64,000 nucleotides of DNA. It comes from Candidatus Sumerlaeota bacterium. GTDB lineage: Bacteria; UBP6; UBA1177. Under the pieces are notes generated by a model. The model saw nothing but the letters and a program-made list of their open reading frames with translations, made no database searches and was not told the origin of the DNA. Both the position numbers and the translations under genes were made by a program. The stretch is from contig SLOD01000011.1 of NCBI GenBank assembly GCA_007132725.1, positions 117 to 64,116 on the forward strand, given 5' to 3'. Positions 58,948 through 64,000 of the stretch are shown here, piece by piece; the stretch's first letter is position 1, and the number at the start of each line of letters is the position of its first letter.

Positions 58948-60726
58948 TTGTTTTTTTTAATTTATTTTTCCATATTCCATCTAAAATTTGATTTCGTATG
59001 TTTATTGACATATATTTATTATGTAGAAGAGAGTTTTAAATTGTTTTATGCGGGAGTGTTTATGGGAATTAAGGTAGGTGAATATTTTTTAAAAAAAGGG
59101 ATTATAACTGAAAACGATCTTAAAGAAGCTCTTGATTACCAGAAAAAAAGCAAAGGATACCTCGGTGAGATTCTTATGAAGCTGGAACATGTCAGTGAAA
59201 TGGATCTACTACAGTATCTTTCCAAACGGTTTAATGTTCAGTTTATTTCCACAGAAAAAATGGAAAAGATGGCTGTCCAAAAACCTTCTGACATAATCCC
59301 GGAAAAACTGGCTATTGAAAAGAACATCTTTCCTTTGAAATATTCATTCAACAGCTTCAGACTCACTCTTATTACCCATGAGCCCCAAAATATAGCTCTT
59401 TTTGATGAACTGAAAATCATTCTTACCGGTGTAAACACGATCATTCCTGTAGTCGCTGTTTCAAACGCAGTTAAAGCTTTAATTTACAAACAGTACCGCA
59501 GTGATCTTCAAGCTTTTGACAGACTGGTAAAAAAAGGCGTTGACCTCAACCTTATGACTCCGGGCAACGAAAAAGTCCTTGGGTATGACGATGCTGTCAC
59601 CGATGTCGGAAGTGTGATAGACGATATACAATCCGGAAGCGACGAAAAAAATGAAGAAAACTACAAAGACACTTTCTCAATGATAGTAAATCAAGGAGAA
59701 ATTCTAAGTATGACCGAAGGTTCTTCGGTAACTGCATCTATGGTCAGCCACATGCCAAGCTGGGTAAAAGAACAGCGGGGACAAATGATGGAGCTGCTCC
59801 GCATATTTGCCAACCTTCTTGACAGTTACAGGGAACGATCGTTTTTCGGACATACTCAGAGGGTTGCTGTCTTGTCTCAGGAACTTGGCAAAGAGCTGAA
59901 TCTATCAGAAGTTGAATTACATGACCTCCTTATTGCATCTTATCTCCATGATGTTGGGAAAAAACACCATCTTACGGCAATAAATATTCCTGAAAAAGTT
60001 AACTTGGAAAGGTTTATAAGATATTCAGAGATCGCAGCTAAAATTTTTGCATCTGTAGATTTTTCAAGACTGACAATGAGCTATCTGGCAAACATGTATG
60101 AAACTTACAATGGACGCGGACTGCCACATGGCTTGAGACTGGATGAAGTTCCCACAGGGTCTCAGGTTCTGCTATTAAGCGATTCTTTTGACTACATGAC
60201 AAGAGTATCAAAAATTCCGGTGCCGACTGCTTTTAATCAGTTGGCCGAGCTGAGATTTTTCTCAGAACGACTTATAGAAGCATTAAAAAAAGTTCAACAG
60301 ATCGATGCTATGCCATCATCTTCAAACAATCTTCCACATCTTGAAGCACTCATTATCAGCAGAAAAAGATTTGACCTTGATGATATAGCTGAAAAGCTCA
60401 ATCGCCTGAATGTAAAAACATACAGGGCAGAGCAAGTAGAAATAGCCGCTCAAATAATAAAAGAAAAAAAGGGGGCTTTAAACTTTATTATCTGTGATTT
60501 GGATATGCCGGAATCCGCCATTTCTCCTTTGAAACTTCTTGCTGCCATGAAACGAAAAGAAGATATTTCTGAAATTCCATTTTATTTCTTTTCACAACAT
60601 AACATTGAAAAAAATATTATAACTACAGCAAAAGCATTAAAAGCTTCCGGAGTATTTCCTAACTATCATCCCATTGAAATGACAAGAAAGATCGTTGAAG
60701 AAATTGTCAGACTTAAAAAATCTTAA
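58948..60726 (+). CDS. MshEN-like (T2SS-E N-terminal, candidate c-di-GMP-binding) domain + degenerate HD-GYP-like HD domain + C-terminal REC-like domain. Likely true start is ATG 59062 (MGIKVGEYF) with RBS GGGAG.
   Basis: KVGEYFLKKGIITENDLKEALDYQ fits the MshEN c-di-GMP motif RLGxxLLxxGxIxxxxLxxALxxQ. HD: HTQRVAV...YLHDVGKKHH...YNGRGLP...SDSFD. C-terminus: FIICDLDMPES... Confidence 0.6.
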   Translation: MFFLIYFSIFHLKFDFVCLLTYIYYVEESFKLFYAGVFMGIKVGEYFLKKGIITENDLKEALDYQKKSKGYLGEILMKLEHVSEMDLLQYLSKRFNVQFISTEKMEKMAVQKPSDIIPEKLAIEKNIFPLKYSFNSFRLTLITHEPQNIALFDELKIILTGVNTIIPVVAVSNAVKALIYKQYRSDLQAFDRLVKKGVDLNLMTPGNEKVLGYDDAVTDVGSVIDDIQSGSDEKNEENYKDTFSMIVNQGEILSMTEGSSVTASMVSHMPSWVKEQRGQMMELLRIFANLLDSYRERSFFGHTQRVAVLSQELGKELNLSEVELHDLLIASYLHDVGKKHHLTAINIPEKVNLERFIRYSEIAAKIFASVDFSRLTMSYLANMYETYNGRGLPHGLRLDEVPTGSQVLLLSDSFDYMTRVSKIPVPTAFNQLAELRFFSERLIEALKKVQQIDAMPSSSNNLPHLEALIISRKRFDLDDIAEKLNRLNVKTYRAEQVEIAAQIIKEKKGALNFIICDLDMPESAISPLKLLAAMKRKEDISEIPFYFFSQHNIEKNIITTAKALKASGVFPNYHPIEMTRKIVEEIVRLKKS

Positions 60727-60729
60727 AAC

Positions 60730-63099
60730 CTAAAAAAGTATAACGGAGCACCCTGAAGAGGTTTTCTGCTTATCATCATCTTCATGTAGCTGACAATTAC
60801 CATAGTGGCAGTACCCTTCTTTTCCATCATCTCTGATACATTTATTCCAGTTCTGGGAACTGTCTATCAAATATAAAAAGTCTTTACGGTTGTTATCGCA
60901 GACAACTTTATTGCAGGGAAGCTCTTCCGGCAACTCTCTATCGTTTCCGGCACAAACTCCATTTGAACATTTAGTGTCAACAGTACAAAAAAGATTGTCT
61001 TCACAAGTTACACCTTCATTTGCCGGCTCTTTTTTGCAGAGTCCAGTTTCATCATCACAAAAACCTGAAGAACAAAAATCATCAAGATGCGAGCAGTCAG
61101 TTTCCCCCCACTCCACACATTCTCCGGCTAAACATTTCATCCCCTCATAACATTTAGATCCAGGTTCTCCGCAATATGTTCCATCGGCTCTGGGCTCTTC
61201 TACACAACTTTTTGTTTCTTCATCACACAAACTGACAGTACATGGATTGCCTGTATCCGACTGACATGGCAAAGCATCAAACTCTCTTTCACAGTAACCA
61301 TTTACACAGCTTCCTTTACCACTACAAAAGTTCCCATCGTCACATTCGGTATCACTCGAACACTTGATCATATTTAAATTAAGAGAAGGGTCTCCCAGAT
61401 AATTGATACCGTACTTCATGGTCAGCAAAACAGAGCTGTTTGACCAATTTTCTTTGTTTTCCTGAAGGACTACAGCAGGATAAAGGTTGTTTGTGAGAGC
61501 GTTAACAAATTCAACCCCATAAGAAAAAAGATCCTGAGAAGAAAGGCTGTAGTTTTCCCATATAGATCCGTAAGCTACCTGCGTAGATGTTATAACACCT
61601 ACTGCCGAATTCAACAGAGTAGTATGTCCAAGATTTCTCCTGTTTTCAACTCTTCCGTTCAAGCAACTTCCTTGAAAAACAAAGGGTGAAGTATGGTCGC
61701 CAAAGCCCCGGGTCATATCAGAATCAACAAAAGTTTCACTCTTCATGTCCCACGAGCTGGGGTACCCAACCCCCTTTCTATCTCCCAGCCATATCGTCCT
61801 GACAGTATAAGATGACATTCCATGACCCATCCAGTAAACGATCCCATAGCTATCATTCCACGATTTCAGCATAGAATCATAGTTCAGCCCCTCTTTAGTG
61901 TCGGCATAAATTGATGGAGATGCCCCTTCGGTCTCAACAAGTATCTTTGTTTTAAAACCTGGAGGCAGGATATAGTTTTCGATGAACTTTGCAACATATG
62001 CCCCATCCATTTTAGGTGTAAAAGGTTGTCCGTCCTGATTTTCATAATAAGCAATAGAGGTGGGGAAAAGCAACTCTCTTCTGTATTCTGCCAAAGAAGG
62101 ACTTTCTTTTATATATCTTATCGTTCTGGCAAGAACCTTATCAACATTTTCGACTTCATCGTTATAAAAAGGAATGCGTCCGACTACCAACTCAAAAGCC
62201 AGAGTTATATCATCAGCACGTTCTCCGGGGATACCATTATTGTTTTTGTCTATATCTTCCGTTATTTCACCATAGAAAACATCGGTAGCTGTTTCCTCAT
62301 AAGCTTCTATCACTTCTCCTCTGTTAGGTCTGGCAACTATCATGGGAATATCGCTTCCCTCAGGGGAGGGGTCTCCGATGATCAGAAGAAAGTAGTAGTC
62401 TTTATAAACGGACCTCAACCATGCTCTTATTGCCTCAGCTCTTTCAAGTCCGGTCAAGTCCCCTGCTTTATAATCGCTTTCTGTCGCAACATCAACTCTG
62501 AAACCCTGTCCCCTTTTTGTGCCGATAAAGTTTACCAGTTCTCTTGATTCTCTTACAACCAGATCAGAGGTTAAAATTAAGAGAGAGTTTTTCTTTTCAA
62601 CGGGAGAAAGGGGTTGCATTGTCCTTTGCTCAAAATGCAACCTTATCTTTCTGATAAAGACAATTTCATCATCTGCTGTAGGGATCACAGGGTATAAAGT
62701 TAACGGGAACTCTTTACGGTCTCTTCTTAAAGTAGGAGGTCTTAAAAAATAAAAGTTTTTGACAGAAGGGAGTAGGTCCCCTTTGGTGGAAACAGGCATT
62801 ACTCTTTTCATACTGCTCAGTCTATAGAGCGGACGACCTCTTTTGAGATTTCCGGGAGCTTTGATATTTTCTTTTTCAAGAATTTCAACCTTTACAACCT
62901 TGGAGGGAAAAGAAAATCGTTTGTACGGCAATATTATTTTTTCGCCTGTACCATCAAGCAGATAGCCATCAATAAAAGGAATGACTTCCCCCCCTTTTGC
63001 CTGAAAAACAGGCTCGGGGATCTCAATATCCAGAGTAAAGCTGTAAAGAGAAGAAAAGCAAAAGAAAGTCAAAATAATAAAAATAATTTTCATAAACAT
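60730..63099 (-). CDS. Secreted peptidase C25 (gingipain/caspase-like fold) family protein with a C-terminal cysteine-rich repeat region.
   Basis: Signal peptide; ILTSDLV...YYFLLIIGD...WMGHGMSS...FVFQGSC consistent with a His/Cys dyad. The last ~200 aa carry >35 Cys in CxxGxC-type repeats. Confidence 0.45.
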   Translation of the reverse strand: MFMKIIFIILTFFCFSSLYSFTLDIEIPEPVFQAKGGEVIPFIDGYLLDGTGEKIILPYKRFSFPSKVVKVEILEKENIKAPGNLKRGRPLYRLSSMKRVMPVSTKGDLLPSVKNFYFLRPPTLRRDRKEFPLTLYPVIPTADDEIVFIRKIRLHFEQRTMQPLSPVEKKNSLLILTSDLVVRESRELVNFIGTKRGQGFRVDVATESDYKAGDLTGLERAEAIRAWLRSVYKDYYFLLIIGDPSPEGSDIPMIVARPNRGEVIEAYEETATDVFYGEITEDIDKNNNGIPGERADDITLAFELVVGRIPFYNDEVENVDKVLARTIRYIKESPSLAEYRRELLFPTSIAYYENQDGQPFTPKMDGAYVAKFIENYILPPGFKTKILVETEGASPSIYADTKEGLNYDSMLKSWNDSYGIVYWMGHGMSSYTVRTIWLGDRKGVGYPSSWDMKSETFVDSDMTRGFGDHTSPFVFQGSCLNGRVENRRNLGHTTLLNSAVGVITSTQVAYGSIWENYSLSSQDLFSYGVEFVNALTNNLYPAVVLQENKENWSNSSVLLTMKYGINYLGDPSLNLNMIKCSSDTECDDGNFCSGKGSCVNGYCEREFDALPCQSDTGNPCTVSLCDEETKSCVEEPRADGTYCGEPGSKCYEGMKCLAGECVEWGETDCSHLDDFCSSGFCDDETGLCKKEPANEGVTCEDNLFCTVDTKCSNGVCAGNDRELPEELPCNKVVCDNNRKDFLYLIDSSQNWNKCIRDDGKEGYCHYGNCQLHEDDDKQKTSSGCSVILF

Positions 63100-63177
63100 T
63101 AGCTCCTATTCAAAAAAACTGGATTGTACCTGCAATTTTAATACCAAAGAAAAAAGATAAAACAATTCAATTGATTA

Positions 63178-63876
63178 TCATAGATTTCTAAGAGCTTCTA
63201 CCAATTCTGTTTTTGAACGGGTCTTGTCATCAACTTTTTTTATTATTTTTGCCGGGACTCCCGCTACCACAGAGTAAGGCGGGATATCAGCCGTTACAAC
63301 AGCTCCGGCAGCGACAACAGAGCCTTTTCCTATCTTTACACCTTCCAAAACAACGGCATTCGCCCCCGTCAGTACATTATCTTCAATAACAACCGGGGTT
63401 GCACTTGGAGGTTCTATAACACCGGCTATCACTGTTCCGGCACCGATATGACAGTTTTTGCCGATCAAAGCTCTTCCTCCTACAACAGCATTCATGTCTA
63501 TCATTGTCCCTGCCCCTATTTCTGCACCGATATTTATAACTGCCCCCATCATTATAACGCACCTCTCTCCCACATCGACCTTGTCTCTGATAACGGCCCC
63601 GGGCTCTATTCGCGCATTGAATTTTGAGATATCTGCAAGAGGGACAGCAGAGTTATTTCTATCCACCTCTATTCTTCCAACCTCAATTTCCGGGTGTTTT
63701 TCTATGAATGCTCTGATTTTAACAAGTTCATCATACACCTCTACAAAGTCAATTCCGGCATAAAACTCATCGAAGCATGAAAAATCAACCGAAGAGACAG
63801 CTCCTTTAAAAAGAACCCTTGCCGGAGTTCTTTTTTTCGACTCACTGATAAATTTTATAATTTCACTGGCATCCAT
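63178..63876 (-). CDS. dapH: 2,3,4,5-tetrahydropyridine-2,6-dicarboxylate N-acetyltransferase (DapH, hexapeptide-repeat).
   Basis: N-terminal [21 protein letters not shown] resembles the DapH N-domain, followed by left-handed beta-helix hexapeptide repeats. Confidence 0.7.
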   Translation of the reverse strand: MDASEIIKFISESKKRTPARVLFKGAVSSVDFSCFDEFYAGIDFVEVYDELVKIRAFIEKHPEIEVGRIEVDRNNSAVPLADISKFNARIEPGAVIRDKVDVGERCVIMMGAVINIGAEIGAGTMIDMNAVVGGRALIGKNCHIGAGTVIAGVIEPPSATPVVIEDNVLTGANAVVLEGVKIGKGSVVAAGAVVTADIPPYSVVAGVPAKIIKKVDDKTRSKTELVEALRNL

Positions 63877-64000
63877 TGTTATCTCCCGATGTAAAAAAAC
63901 TACCTTTGCGAATAATAGGGAGTTTTTTTACCAACACAATTTTTTTCTCTTTTTCTTTATTTTTGCTCTTACAGTAATATGGTTTATAATTGAATTGTTT

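Overview
This is an AT-rich bacterial chromosomal window of roughly 55 genes; no rRNA, tRNA, CRISPR array or transposase was recognisable. Gene content by region:

1. Positions 1-6033, minus strand: a truncated lipoprotein with a GDT repeat; an operon of a B12-binding radical SAM enzyme, a REC-Hpt phosphotransfer protein and a UPF0104 membrane protein; then cdd, a purine nucleoside phosphorylase and an M18 aminopeptidase.
2. Positions 6034-8526, plus strand: a sigma70-like promoter, then a winged-HTH-like hypothetical, a stand-alone receiver (REC) and a tandem HD-GYP (c-di-GMP phosphodiesterase-type) protein.
3. A ribosomal protein S1 gene with a C-terminal PKEE-repeat tail, facing a 1087-aa secreted coiled-coil protein.
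4. The conserved pyrH-frr-uppS-cdsA-dxr cluster, interrupted by a lidless Hsp70 and a J-domain protein with a pseudo-receiver domain.
5. An internalin-like LRR protein, a HisC-family aminotransferase, an ECF sigma/anti-sigma pair, and a large chemoreceptor whose periplasmic sensor is a beta-propeller/Y_Y_Y module.
6. A Wzx/Wzy-dependent polysaccharide locus with a bacillosamine-like PglF/PglE/PglC core and a GNAT acetyltransferase.
7. A nearly complete dcw cluster (mraZ-rsmH-ftsL-ftsI-murE-murF-murD-ftsW-murG-murC-murB-ddl-ftsQ-ftsA-ftsZ) that lacks mraY and has a B12-radical SAM gene 4 nt downstream of ftsZ.
8. Divergent from mraZ, an MshEN-like (putative c-di-GMP-binding) domain fused to a degenerate HD-GYP and a REC-like domain; then a secreted C25/gingipain-like peptidase with Cys-rich C-terminal repeats; then dapH.

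The Hsp70/J pair, the MshEN-HD-REC protein and the other c-di-GMP-related genes, the propeller-MCP fusion and the mraY-less dcw cluster are the items most worth follow-up. All calls rest on motif-level reading of the supplied translations; no database search was run.
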